From Bdellovibrionales bacterium (GTDB lineage Bacteria > Bdellovibrionota > Bdellovibrionia > Bdellovibrionales > UBA1609), in assembly GCA_965261545.1 (NCBI GenBank), contig CBDHDF010000011.1, positions 736,001 to 800,000 of the forward strand: a stretch of DNA of 64,000 bases, written 5' to 3'. Under the pieces are notes generated by a model that saw nothing but the letters and a program-made list of their open reading frames with translations, did not search any database and was not told the origin of the DNA. Position 1 is the first letter of the stretch. Each line of letters starts with the position of its first letter. Below, one piece after another: positions 28,985-40,525 of the stretch. Made by a program: the position numbers and the translations under genes.

Positions 28985-31538
28985 CAATGGCATTCGTTTT
29001 TGCAGAAGGTTTTTCCACATTTTTCTGACTCCCTCTAACATACTGAGTTAAGGGGGCTTTTATCTTTTTTCTTTTTCCGAAAAAAAATACTTGAGTCCAC
29101 CCCATCGTTGTGTCACATTATATTTGAACCATTCCCAAAGGGGAGAGACTCAAATGGACCCACGCATAGAGACATTGCCTTCAACAACTTTTTTTGGAAG
29201 ACGCTTGACGCGCAAGCAAATTGCCGACATTCAAAAGACGGTGGCGCTATTTCCTTCTTTAAGTCGCCGTGAACTGGGTTATACAGTTTGTGAGCATCTT
29301 GGTTGGCTAACTCCCAAAGGTGATCATCGCATCCAATCGTGCCTTCGTATGCTTGAGACGCTAGAGGAACTTGACATTCTATCCCTGCCAGAAAAAGACA
29401 TGTCAAAGCGGAGTGTCCCCTCCAAAAAAATCACTTGGACACACCGAACAGATGAAAAGCCTCTCATCAACGATAAACTAGACTCATTGACCCCACTTTC
29501 TTTGCAAATCGTAACTGATCAAGAGGCCATTAAGGAATGGAATGAAGTTGTCGATCGGCATCATTATCTCAATTACAGACGTCCCTTTGGTCCCCATTTG
29601 CGCTATTTCATCCTAGATAATTGTGGGCGACGATTGGGTTGTCTTTTATTTGAAGCTGGCACATCCACTTTGCCTTGCCGTGATGAATGGATCGGTTGGC
29701 AAAATCGAGCTTACAAAAAGCACTTGAATTTAGTGGTGAACAATAGTCGATTTTTGATCTTTCCCTGGGTAAAGGTTCGCCATCTTGCTTCGATGGCTTT
29801 ATCTATGGCAACTCGCCAACTTCCCACAGACTGGGAGTTAAAACATGCTTTCAAACCTGTACTCATGGAGACTTTTGTCGACCTTACCAAATTTAATGCC
29901 ACGAGCTATCGTGCTGCCAACTGGCTTTATTTGGGCAAAACAAATGGGAGTCGTGCCTACAAAAATGTAAAGGGAAAAACTCAAAAAGGTGTTTATGTTC
30001 AACCTCTGACAAAGAATTATCAGTCTATCTTATTGAATGGCCCCCAATGCGCTATCAAGAAACCCGTCGGGAAACCCACCATCAAGCCACATAAGAACTT
30101 GGCTGAGCCTATGCTAGAGGACTCTTTTGTGCATCTTTGGCAAAACATCATCAAGACAGTGGTTATCATTGCAGATGAGTACGACCGAACCTGGCAAAAG
30201 CGTCAACGTGTCTTGAATACATTGTTGATTATACTTTTCATCTTCCGACTTGTTTTCTCTAAAGGAAAACAAGGTTATGATACAACTTTGATTGAACTTT
30301 GGGAGCAGTGTCGCATATTAGACATTGAACTCCCTCAACCTAAACCAGTTCGGGCATCCACTATGTGTAGTGCACGGGCTAAAGTAGATGAAAATATATT
30401 TAAAGTTTTGCATGATGAAATTCTTAAACAAGACGGTATATCCAATTCTAGTACCTTATGGAAGGGCCATAAGGTTTTCGCAGTGGATGGATCGAAAATA
30501 AATTTACCACGTCAACTCGTAGATAATGGGTATCAGCAACCATGGGAAAAAGCATGGTACCCTCAAGGTCTTGTCAGTTGCCTGTACCAACTACAGTCGA
30601 AGATTCCTGTGGATTTTGATCTCTTTGCCCATAACAATGAGAGAAAGGCTGCACAAACTCATTTCAAAAAATTGTTTGAAAACGATGTTGTGGTTTATGA
30701 TCGTGGCTATTATTCCTACGAAATGCTTCATGAGCATAAGGTGCGAAGTCTGCATGCGGTGTTTAGGATAAGGAGAAATGCCAACACTGTTTTTGATGAA
30801 TTTATTAATAATGATCAAAAAGACTCAGTGATCCAAGTCATTCCTAGCAAGCAAATTCTGAAAGAACTACATAAAAAAAAGCCACAAGACGACTTCAAAG
30901 CCTACGCTTTGCGTTTGGTCAAATATAAAATTGGACAAACTACTTTTGTTCTAGGAACAACCTTAATGGATCAAAAAAAATATTCCATTGATGATCTGGC
31001 CAATCTCTATCATGGACGCTGGAGTATAGAGGAACTGTACAAAATATCCAAAGAACTGATGACCATTGAAGAGTTTCATTCTCAAAGTGAAAGGGGAGTC
31101 AAACAAGAATTGTTTGCACACTTCACACTTATCACTCTGACAAGATTATTTTCCAACTACACGGAAGACCGTCTTAATACATCTCAATCCCATAGTAAAA
31201 AACAAACCATGCAGACAAACTTTAAAAACAATTTACTGACAATTGCAAGAAATATTGAAGGTCTTTTTCTTCAACAAAAGGTAGTGCTTAGTAAAACCCT
31301 CAATTGCATCATTACAAATATGAAGACCTGCCGACAAAGGCTACGTCCGAATAGGCATTACGACCGAGTTTCTAGAAAACCCATCGGAGTATGGAGACCC
31401 AGTAAAGAGGTTAGGGGGGCTATGGCCAACGGATAATCACATGGATCAAAGAAAAAAACTTGGGGTTAGCCCACCCCCGAGGAGTTAGAGGTTCAAATCC
31501 TTAACCGAATGGGATCTCTCACTAAACGAATGCCATTG
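28985..31538 (+). mobile_element. IS4-family element B (2554 bp)
   Basis: IR CAATGGCATTCGTTT / AAACGAATGCCATTG; 10-bp TSD CCTCTTCATG. Confidence 0.93.
29154..31436 (+). CDS. DUF4338 (Druantia DruA-like) domain fused to an IS4 DDE transposase
   Basis: N-half has HHYLNY, RDEWIGW, VVNNSRFLIFPWV, LMETFVD and YRAANW.YLG.T.G; C-half has AVDGS, YDRGY and YHGRWSIEELYK. Confidence 0.85.
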   Translation: MDPRIETLPSTTFFGRRLTRKQIADIQKTVALFPSLSRRELGYTVCEHLGWLTPKGDHRIQSCLRMLETLEELDILSLPEKDMSKRSVPSKKITWTHRTDEKPLINDKLDSLTPLSLQIVTDQEAIKEWNEVVDRHHYLNYRRPFGPHLRYFILDNCGRRLGCLLFEAGTSTLPCRDEWIGWQNRAYKKHLNLVVNNSRFLIFPWVKVRHLASMALSMATRQLPTDWELKHAFKPVLMETFVDLTKFNATSYRAANWLYLGKTNGSRAYKNVKGKTQKGVYVQPLTKNYQSILLNGPQCAIKKPVGKPTIKPHKNLAEPMLEDSFVHLWQNIIKTVVIIADEYDRTWQKRQRVLNTLLIILFIFRLVFSKGKQGYDTTLIELWEQCRILDIELPQPKPVRASTMCSARAKVDENIFKVLHDEILKQDGISNSSTLWKGHKVFAVDGSKINLPRQLVDNGYQQPWEKAWYPQGLVSCLYQLQSKIPVDFDLFAHNNERKAAQTHFKKLFENDVVVYDRGYYSYEMLHEHKVRSLHAVFRIRRNANTVFDEFINNDQKDSVIQVIPSKQILKELHKKKPQDDFKAYALRLVKYKIGQTTFVLGTTLMDQKKYSIDDLANLYHGRWSIEELYKISKELMTIEEFHSQSERGVKQELFAHFTLITLTRLFSNYTEDRLNTSQSHSKKQTMQTNFKNNLLTIARNIEGLFLQQKVVLSKTLNCIITNMKTCRQRLRPNRHYDRVSRKPIGVWRPSKEVRGAMANG

Positions 31539-32674
31539 CCTCTTCATGGGCTGTGTCGATCTGTGACAAACGATCTCGACGCTGCTTATCTTCAGCTTCA
31601 AGTCGCTCTCGCATAAGTTCGTCTTGAGACAAGTTCCACAAATTTTTGACGGCTCTTCCCATGTCCCTTCCTTTTTTGGCTAGCTCTTGGCTGGTTTGTT
31701 GATTCAGCTCATCCGATCTCTTTAAGAAATAGCACCACGCTTCACGCTGGTCAACAAGGCTGTCTAATCTGCCAATGAACTTGTTCAATTCTACAATGAC
31801 AAATTGCATACCATCGGTGAGTCTCAAATGAGGGTGTCTATCCTGCCTCATGCTGCATGTGTGGTAATAATCGTTGTCCTTGCGTAGCTCAGGAAGGTCC
31901 ACAGTACTGAAAACAAGGGAGTAAACAGTTCTTAATTTCTCGTATTTTTCTCCTTCTTTCACTTGATTGGAGTAGACCCGTCCCGCATAGGCAAGAAGGC
32001 GATTTGTAACCTGAATTCTACAAAAATGGTAACAAGGTTCAGGTCTAAAGTCTAGAAGCTGACTTCAGAACAAATATAACGTGGTTTCAGACCTCTTTTG
32101 AATTGAAAGAATTCAAAATCATTGTTACCATTGGTAACAATGTCTTATTTACATGAGCAAAAGAGAAACGGTAAAATTGTAACTGCTCACGGCTTGGCGA
32201 TCTACTGCTGAATTTCACGAAATAGTCCCTATGGAGTGTCTCCCGATGGCGTCTTCAAATATCTGCTTTTGCATGGATTCTCCTTAAGTCGTCTTTCTTT
32301 GCCTAAATGAACTTCCAGATATGGCTACTTTGATGGATTGAGAGGTTATGCGATCCATAATAGCTTCACAGATGACTTCCAGGAAATCATTCTGGACCGA
32401 TACTCAGCGAGAAAAAGCACTCTTATTACCTCCAATCGTATCATTGAAGATTGGGGAAAGTGTTTGGGCGATAATACCGTGGCCTCTGCCATCCTGGATC
32501 GCCTTCTCCACTGCAGCCAACTATTAAAATTTGAGGGAAAAAGCTACCGATTGAAGGAAGCTTCAAACCGACTTGTTAAGATAAAAAATTAAAGGTAGGG
32601 TGAGCCCATCTTGTCAGATCGCCCTAAATGGATGGTTTTGATCCGCCCCTCGGGATCTATGGAAAGAAAATTTT

Positions 32675-33724
32675 TTACTTTTTTGGGAGAGCCTTGATTT
32701 CGTCTTCAGAAAGCCCTGTTGCTTCGGCTATCTCCAAAGCTTCCTGTCCTTTTAAAATCATCTTTAAAGCAATGGCCTCTCTCTCTTTCCTTCGCCCTTT
32801 TTCAAGCCCTTCTTCAAGCCCTCTTTCAAGCCCTCTTTCAAGCCCTTTTTCAAGCCCTTTTTCAAGCCCTTCTTCACGCCCTCTTTCAAGCCCTTTTTCA
32901 AGCCCTTCTTCACGCCCTTTTTCACGCCCTCTTTCAAGCCCTTTTTCAAGCCCCTCTTCATGGGCTGTGTCGATCTGTGACAAACGATCTCGACGCTGCT
33001 TATCTTCAGCTTCAAGTCGCTCTCGCATAAGTTCGTCTTGAGACAAGTTCCACAAATTTTTGACGGCTCTTCCCATGTCCCTTCCTTTTTTGGCTAGCTC
33101 TTGGCTGGTTTGTTGATTCAGCTCATCCGATCTCTTTAAGAAATAGCACCACGCTTCACGCTGGTCAACAAGGCTGTCTAATCTGCCAATGAACTTGTTC
33201 AATTCTACAATGACAAATTGCATACCATCGGTGAGTCTCAAATGAGGGTGTCTATCCTGCCTCATGCTGCATGTGTGGTAATAATCGTTGTCCTTGCGTA
33301 GCTCAGGAAGGTCCACAGTACTGAAAACAAGGGAGTAAACAGTTCTTAATTTCTCGTATTTTTCTCCTTCTTTCACTTGATTGGAGTAGACCCGTCCCGC
33401 ATAGGCAAGAAGGCGATTTGTAAGGTCTCTTTGGGAGACGGTTTGCATTTCCACGTTCACAGTTTCATCTTCGACCCATTCCCCACTGGATAATTGTCGA
33501 GAGATACGAAGCTTCATATCCAAGATGAAGGTTTTTCCCGAAGGCTTGCTCGCCTCTGAAGAGTTTTCTTCGGCATCTAACAACTGAACATGTTCCACCC
33601 GACAACCGGGTGGCAAAGGAAGAAAATCTTGCAACAAAGGCTTGAGCAAGTCCTGGTCGTGCTTAAAAAATGCTTTAAAAGTGTTATCAAGGGTTAAGCA
33701 AAGGGGAGGGAGGAATTTTTTCAT
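32675..33724 (-). CDS. Rpn-family PD-(D/E)XK nuclease / putative transposase
   Basis: LTLDNTFKAFF, ILD, VNVEMQ, RLLAY and IVELNKF motifs; C-terminal GLEKG/GREEG repeats; IAEATGLS tail. Confidence 0.9.
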   Translation of the reverse strand: MKKFLPPLCLTLDNTFKAFFKHDQDLLKPLLQDFLPLPPGCRVEHVQLLDAEENSSEASKPSGKTFILDMKLRISRQLSSGEWVEDETVNVEMQTVSQRDLTNRLLAYAGRVYSNQVKEGEKYEKLRTVYSLVFSTVDLPELRKDNDYYHTCSMRQDRHPHLRLTDGMQFVIVELNKFIGRLDSLVDQREAWCYFLKRSDELNQQTSQELAKKGRDMGRAVKNLWNLSQDELMRERLEAEDKQRRDRLSQIDTAHEEGLEKGLERGREKGREEGLEKGLERGREEGLEKGLEKGLERGLERGLEEGLEKGRRKEREAIALKMILKGQEALEIAEATGLSEDEIKALPKK

Positions 33725-34003
33725 AAGTAAAAATTATGCATCTTGCTTTGGAGTAAAGTCAATGGCTGTTTTCATTTACAGTTGTAGCCTACAACTCTCT
33801 CCCCGTACTTTTTAAACGACTTTTCTGATCTCCGGGCATACGATATAGGCCATATGATTTCATTGGTTTTGTCTTTGGCATCTCATTTTCTCTACGAAGA
33901 TGAACCGCAGCCCGAGGGGCAGACCCGGAGGGCCGCAGAGAGAACTCTCCTCGGTATATCTCGTGGAGCATCTTGCATACTTTGTTGATTTTTTTGAAAA
34001 AAC

Positions 34004-34250
34004 GTAACTGCTCGTACCCCTTCTACACCAGACTTTTAGCCTAAAGACCATTTTTATACTAAAGTATTGATTCTCAAGCCTCCCCATTTAATAATTCTTT
34101 CGTGAATACAAGAAAACAATCCTTACGAAGCGAAATTGAAAACCTCCAGAAGGAATCTAAGAAGATTCTTTCTGACAAGAGTATCCCACGAGAGACTAAA
34201 CTATTTATTCAGTCCATGCTGACCATTCTCACAGTTGTAGTGACTTTATT
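34004..34250 (+). pseudogene. 5' remnant of an IS66 (ISBst12-like) element
   Basis: GTAACTGCTC end; GTG at 34102 gives NTRKQSLRSEIENLQKESKKILSD...FIQSMLTILTVVV, similar in pattern to the N-terminus of 52597-53964. Confidence 0.5.
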
Positions 34251-34331
34251 TGGGTGTGCTAACGATATACTGTAGATTATATACCCACAGCGTCAATTTG
34301 TGCCCTCTTCAATCAGCATTTAGTCATAGGT

Positions 34332-35748
34332 CAATGCCGTTTCCTTAAGCCACCACACCCCTCTGCCTCTGCGTTAAGCTATTTCTTTTAAAAGAACTCC
34401 CAGCCCTTTTGATAGACCTTTCATAGCTTCTTTTGAAGTGCCTCCTCTTCTCCATTGAAATCTTCATCAGCAACTTTATCTGCTTCCTAAATTTCTGATA
34501 GAGCCCCGCAACAAAAAGAGGGATGCTATCCATTATGAAATCAAGAATCAGTTTAAAGTTAGGTTTTTTGTAGTCATTTTTCACCAACTGATTCACACTG
34601 TCTTCATCCTCATTTATGCTCATTTGAATCTTTGTATAATTGAAGAGCCAAAAATAAGAATACAGCTCTTGCAATATTCCATTAAGGCTTGTTGAGTGCC
34701 ACTGCTCCATTTTCATTGTCGATGTAAAATCACGAAATGTCGTTTCTATTTCCCAACGACGAGAGTAAAGAGCAACCATATCCTTCTTGTCCAAGGAGCC
34801 ATGCGGAAGATTAGTGGCCAAAACAGAGAACTCCCCAGTCTTTGGGTTTTTATACTTATAGAGATGAATGACCACCCCCTCAATAACCATTTGTGAATAC
34901 CAACCTGGGCCATTAAATAAATTTACGATGGGGATAAAAGTAGAGCCTCGCTTACAACGCGCAATAAAGAAGTTACTGGCTTGAGCATGGGCCTTAATAA
35001 TCTCTGTAGATAAATAAAGCCTATCGTAGAGAGTTATGCTATTACTCTCAAAACTACCTATCATTTGAATAGCATTGGCGATTTCGTTGAGAGCGGGAGA
35101 AAAGCAAAGATTCTTTGTCACACCCGATAAAACGTCATAAGCATGAGATAGATACATACGTAAGAAATGAGTTTCCATCTCATTTGGGCAAGGGTACCCA
35201 CAATAACCCTCCTTTAAAAGATCTTTAGAGCGAGGAAGTGCTAATTGGTCGCCATCTATGGCATAGATATAAAAACCATGAAACGTTTTTCTCAATGGTT
35301 CGTAGTCTGTAATCAGAGATTCAAAGATATCTTTGAAAAATAGGTAAGAAATACTTTGACGTATCTTGCTGAGACTGCTTTTGACTGGCATGAGAAGCAG
35401 GTCACCAAAATAAGTCCATACCGTCTTAAGAGCGATTTGGTAGCCTTCGTAATTTGTTCCTGAAATAAGATAGATAATGGTAAAAAAGAAAATTTGAGGA
35501 TTAAATTTTCGATTCCTTTTTTGTTTTTCTGGATCGACAAGGTGCTCTGGCTTGAAGGAAGAATCAAGTTTTGGTAGAATAAAATGGTCATCTGTGACGC
35601 GAACTCGTCATTTGGGGGCTTTCGAGATCAATATTGGATTGCATGTGACTTACTCCTTGGTTGAGGGTTGGGTGTAAAATAAAACAAGTCTTATTCTTGT
35701 CGATTTATCTAATGATTTCAAGAGATTTTTCTTAAGGAAACGGCATTG
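34332..35748 (-). mobile_element. IS4 element A, copy 2 (transposase ORF 34345-35391); flanks do not match
   Basis: Same IRs and length as copy 1; flanks AGTCATAGGT versus ACCACCTTGT. Confidence 0.93.
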
Positions 35749-37684
35749 ACCACCTTGTGGAGTCCTACAGAGAAAAAGGCAAATCCAAAAAACGCATGCT
35801 CATGTCCTTAGGTAAGGCTGGAGAAGGAGGAGAGGATAAGATTAATAGTTTGGCGCAGGCCGTATCCCGCCACCGAGAGCTTCTCACTGTGAGTCAATTG
35901 GCTAAGGAGCTTTACATCGAAGAGACTTTCATTTTGGGTCCCTTGCTGATTTTACAAAAGTTGTTTGATCAACTGGGTATCAATAAGACCCTCAAAGACA
36001 TAAAAGATTCTCATGAGAAAGTTCAATTTGATTTATGTAAGGTGATTTTTACCTTAGTTGCCAGCCGATTTATTGCTCCTAGTTCCAAGTTAAAGGTTTT
36101 TGAGTATTGGCAAAAATCTTTTTACCCAGACATGATTAAGGGTGATTTGAGTCTCCAGCATATTTATCGGTCTATGGACTTACTTGCCTCCCATAAGGAT
36201 GAAATAGAGAACTCGCTTTATTGGGTGGGGCGAGATTTATTTAATTTCCAAGTAGACATTGTGTTGTATGATTTAACAACCTTACGCTTCGAGAGTACAA
36301 GAACAGACTTAGGGAAACTTCGTCAATTTGGCTATAGTAAAGAGAGACGATCAGACTGCACCCAAGTTGTCTTTGGTTTGTTGGTGAATCGGGATGGCAT
36401 CCCTTTAGGTTTTGAGGTTTTCCCTGGTAATACTTTTGAAGGCAAGACGCTTTCAGATATTGTTGATAAAATGAGAAAAAAGTTTAATGTACGCCGTTTC
36501 ATTTTTGTGGCTGATAGGGGGCTTTTATCAAAGGCTAATACTGACAAACTCAGTGAGGATCAAAGCGAGTTTATTGTTGGTATGAAGCTTGGATCTTTAA
36601 AAAAAGAAAAGAAACAAGAGGTCTATGATTTAAATCGTTTTAGCTGGGTATATGAGAATGAGCTTGCTGTTTACGAAACAGACCATGGGGGGCATAGATG
36701 TATTGTGACTTGGTCTAGGAAAAGAGCAGAGAGAGATAAAAAATCTAGAGAATCCCTTCTTGAAAAGATCGAAGGAAAACTATCTTCTAAAGGTGTTCAG
36801 TCTAGTACTTTTGTTTCCAATAAAGGTTATAAGAAATATGTAAAGATGGCTGACGACAAAAATAAAAAACCTGAATTAAATGCAGAACAAATAGAATTAG
36901 ATGAAAAAATTGATGGTTTTTTTGCCGTCCTTACAAATGTCAAAGACTTGACGGCAGATGAGATTATTATCAACTACAAAGAATTGTGGAAAATTGAAGA
37001 TGCTTTTGGTGAGTTAAAAGGGACTTTGAAAACACGTCCTGTTTTCCATTGGACAGACCAGAGGATTATTGGACATTTAACTCTATGCTTTTTAACTTAT
37101 CTTTGTGAGGCCCACCTTGTTAGCTGACAATTAAAATGCCCCACCGTCGCCAATGAAAAGTGGCCACTTTTCAGAGGAGGACCTATGGTGATTTTTGGCA
37201 TTGTCAACCGAGACGCATATAATCAATTGATATTACTCATAAAAAGGCTCCGAGCTGATAAGAACTCCTTTTGGGTTCTTGTCGACCTGGAAAGGGGCTC
37301 CGTGTTGGAGAGTCCTTCCATGACAGCCTATTCAGGTTCCATATTTGTCATTTGTAGACTGTTTCTGGATTTCAATGAGGTTAAATATATAGTCAAGAAA
37401 AGCCTGTTTAGGCTGTGCCCATTTTCTAAAGTATTTAAATTCCACAAGATTCCAACATTTGCCTCAATTTTCATGGAATTTCTTTCTGAAGACAGGCTTC
37501 CCTTAAAGCCGTCGCCAATTAAAATGTCCCACTTTCAATATGGAGGTTGTCGCCAATGAAAAGTGACCAATCTTCAGGGAGTGTTCAAATACTAGACAAT
37601 GAAGTCTCTTCTTCTGATATAGATACTAAGCTCACAGAGTCCCTCCCTTTTGCAACTCAAAAGGTTAGCAATGAGGAGGATCTT

Positions 37685-39181
37685 ATGATTAGTCAATACA
37701 CTTTCGGCCGCATTCGTGACCTGAGTCACAGTGGTAAAAATAAGACAGAAATATCTCGTGAATTAGGGATCAATCGTAAGACGGTGCGCAAGTACTGTGA
37801 GTCCAACACCCCACCGAAGTACAAGGCGAGGTCCAAAAGAACTCGCCCAGATCCCCTTAATGGATATATGGATCGGGTGAAGTACTTTTTGAAGTTGAAC
37901 CCAAGTAACACCGCCCGTGAAATATATGAGCTATTAGTTGAGGAGGGTTATCGTGGGAGTGAGAGAACGGTTCAGAGAAGAGTTTGTGAGATTCTTGGTT
38001 CTCGCCCCAAGGAGCGTTTTTTCAGCCAAAGATATGATCCTGGAGAACAGGCTCAGTTTGATTTTAAGGAGAAGGTTGCTTTACCATTTGCCGATGGTGT
38101 TCAGATCGTTCATCTCCATTTTGGAACATTGCCTTGTAGTGGCACCTGTTGGGTTCGTGCCTACCCCTTTCTTGTCTATGAGTGTTTCATCGATGGGGTG
38201 CATGCTTTTTTTGAAAAGATAGGTGGGATGAGTGCGAACATCCGTATTGATAATTTATCTCCCTGTGTGAAGAAAGTTCTTAAAGGAAATCAGCGAATTT
38301 ACACCCAATCTTTTGATCGAGCCATCCAATACTATGGATTTAAGGTTCTTCCCTGCCGCGCAGGGAAGGGCTCTGACAAGGGAGATGTGGAGCGTGATAT
38401 TCGAACCTTCAGTTCTCGGATAAAAAATATTGTTAGAAACAAAGGAATTGTTTTTAAAGACTGGGATCATTTGAATCAGTTTTTAGAGTCTTATATGGAT
38501 CAGCATCAGAGTGACTCCACCAAATCTCGCTTTGAGGAGGAGGCCAAAGTTCTTAAGCCTTTGCCTCCACGAGATGAAGATATTCTCTGTAAGGTGAATA
38601 TTTGTCAAAGTAATGGTTATGGGACTTTGAGAATAGGTAAAACCACATATTCCATACCTGATGAGGTGATCCAATCTCCCTGTAAAACCGTACAGGGTCC
38701 CTATCATGTCACGATCTATCGTGCAGGAGGGAAGCAAGAAATTGTCGCTCGCCATCAAAGAAAACCTGATGGGGAGCATAGTCTTCTTCTTGAACATATC
38801 CTTCCTTCTTTAGTTCGTAAGCCGCAAGCCATGGTAAGATGGGCTCACCGATCCATTCTTTTTCCAACAAATGTGTTTGAAAATTTTTATCAATACCTCA
38901 AGCAACAAGATTCAAGCCGTGCCGAGCATGAATATTTAAGAGTTATCAACTTGATTCAGCATGTGAGTTGGCAGGACTTATCTACAGCCATGGAGCTTCA
39001 ATTAGAAAGTCGTGAGATTTTCGACTTTAAATCCATAAAAGATTTGCTCTTAGGCAATCCCACCAAAATTAATTTGAATGACCAACAAAAACCACTTCAA
39101 CCTAGATTGTCTCAATATGACAGTCTTGTTCCAAACATAGGAGGTTCTCATAGGTGTTCGTGGTTTTTTATTCTTTCATAG
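37685..39181 (+). CDS. istA: IstA with its native stop displaced by the IS4 insertion (10 extra aa)
   Basis: Ends GGSHRCSWFFILS instead of GGS*. Confidence 0.88.
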   Translation: MISQYTFGRIRDLSHSGKNKTEISRELGINRKTVRKYCESNTPPKYKARSKRTRPDPLNGYMDRVKYFLKLNPSNTAREIYELLVEEGYRGSERTVQRRVCEILGSRPKERFFSQRYDPGEQAQFDFKEKVALPFADGVQIVHLHFGTLPCSGTCWVRAYPFLVYECFIDGVHAFFEKIGGMSANIRIDNLSPCVKKVLKGNQRIYTQSFDRAIQYYGFKVLPCRAGKGSDKGDVERDIRTFSSRIKNIVRNKGIVFKDWDHLNQFLESYMDQHQSDSTKSRFEEEAKVLKPLPPRDEDILCKVNICQSNGYGTLRIGKTTYSIPDEVIQSPCKTVQGPYHVTIYRAGGKQEIVARHQRKPDGEHSLLLEHILPSLVRKPQAMVRWAHRSILFPTNVFENFYQYLKQQDSSRAEHEYLRVINLIQHVSWQDLSTAMELQLESREIFDFKSIKDLLLGNPTKINLNDQQKPLQPRLSQYDSLVPNIGGSHRCSWFFILS

Positions 39182-40420
39182 CAAGACCTTTTTAGCCATA
39201 TTCATTGATGTTTTTCGCCGTCGGTAGTTTGTGTCATAAATTTCATGGGAGAATATCTTGATCTTCTCTATCAAAATATTTAAATACTTTTGAGATGAGC
39301 TTAGGAGATATTTGATAAAATCAGAGGCTAATAAGACGGTAACCTTAGCAACTCTTTGAAACGATGTGGAGTCATTTTGTTCCTTATTGAGTTTAGTTCT
39401 TCCTATCCTCAAAACAACACTTGATGTGAGGTGAGCCGCTAATGAAGCAAGAAGAAGACTCTCTATGATATTTTGATCGTTTGAGGTGATCTGATTTGCA
39501 TTCAAAGAATTCTTACAAGATTTGAAAATAAGTTCACATTGCCAACGTAAACGATAAATTGGATATATGGACTCCGCTGCCACATCTAAATTCGTGCAAT
39601 ACCAATGATAGCGTTTTTCGGAGGAATTCCAGAAGCCTACAATTCTCAAACTTACCCATTTACCATTGGACAAGACACTGCCTATAAATTCAACAACATC
39701 GTTTTTTTTCTTGAGTTTAATATCAGAGAACTCTTTTCCAACATAGTAATCTGGCAAACCTTCAACAACAGCATCAATAAGAATAGAGGCATTTGACTTC
39801 ACTCTAGACAAGAAAAATCCTTTAGCTTCATGAATAGATGACAATAAGCCATAGTCCCAATATCCCAAATCAAAGATGACTAATTTTCCAACGAGTTCCT
39901 TTATATCAGGAAAGCACTTCCTATCGTTAGTGGAAGACGGAGTTAATTCGAACCAAGTCATTATACCACTGAATAAACTGAAACAAGCGTGCCATTTAAT
40001 TCCTGCGTTTGTTCTTGTCCCTGGAAAATTCTCAGATGCTCCATCCCAAAGGCTTATTGTGCTTGAGTCAACAAGAAGAACGTCTGAGACTCCCAGTTGT
40101 AATAATATGGCTTTGCTTCCATGAAAAGCTCCATGAGATAGCTTTATCATGAGCATTTCAACCAGTTTACTCAGAAGCTTTTTTAATCTTTTTCTAGAGA
40201 GTCTTTCCCAGAAGCTGTGTCTTTCAATTCTTAACCCTAAATGACTTATCATAAACCTCCTAATCCCCTCTATTGAATATGTCTTAGAGTCTCCCTGGAA
40301 TGACAAGACAAGAGCCACAATAAACTCAAGAGGTGGAATGGTTGCCCGAGAGTCCTTTTCAGGAATAACTTTCTTGAAACATTTTTTGATCGTTTTAAGT
40401 GTTTGAGCTTCCGTGCTCAT
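39176..40420 (-). CDS. IS4-family transposase (414 aa)
   Basis: LVDSSTI, IFDLGY and YRLRWQCELIFK motifs. Confidence 0.92.
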   Translation of the reverse strand: MSTEAQTLKTIKKCFKKVIPEKDSRATIPPLEFIVALVLSFQGDSKTYSIEGIRRFMISHLGLRIERHSFWERLSRKRLKKLLSKLVEMLMIKLSHGAFHGSKAILLQLGVSDVLLVDSSTISLWDGASENFPGTRTNAGIKWHACFSLFSGIMTWFELTPSSTNDRKCFPDIKELVGKLVIFDLGYWDYGLLSSIHEAKGFFLSRVKSNASILIDAVVEGLPDYYVGKEFSDIKLKKKNDVVEFIGSVLSNGKWVSLRIVGFWNSSEKRYHWYCTNLDVAAESIYPIYRLRWQCELIFKSCKNSLNANQITSNDQNIIESLLLASLAAHLTSSVVLRIGRTKLNKEQNDSTSFQRVAKVTVLLASDFIKYLLSSSQKYLNILIEKIKIFSHEIYDTNYRRRKTSMNMAKKVLL

Positions 40421-40525
40421 ATTTGCCCCCTGCGTTTAAAAAATAAAAATTTCCTCCAATTAATCTTGACCTATTAAGATACTAACGCGAGAATCATTAA
40501 GTCTGTAGATAACTCACTTGTATCT

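Larger units (their letters stand above)
28733..32009 (-). pseudogene. 5'-truncated duplicate of the Rpn gene, split by IS4 element B
   Basis: Matches the C-terminal ~two-thirds of 32675-33724. Confidence 0.9.
28068..33423. repeat. ~1.4-kb tandem duplication (copy 1 at 28068-32009 contains IS4 element B; copy 2 at 32010-33423)
   Basis: Both copies begin CCTGAATTCTACAAAAAT and end GGCGATTTGTAA; they differ in the number of Rpn 12-bp repeats. Confidence 0.9.

Noticed and set aside
32628..33041. Ser/Pro-rich and ALFQ-repeat ORFs (also 28686-29051); possible CRISPR-like repeats
   Set aside because: They are alternative frames of the 12-bp Rpn coding repeats, and there are no spacers.
33900..33960. 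GC-rich palindromic patch upstream of rpn
   Set aside because: Single copy, and I cannot match it to any RNA family; probably a mobile-element remnant.
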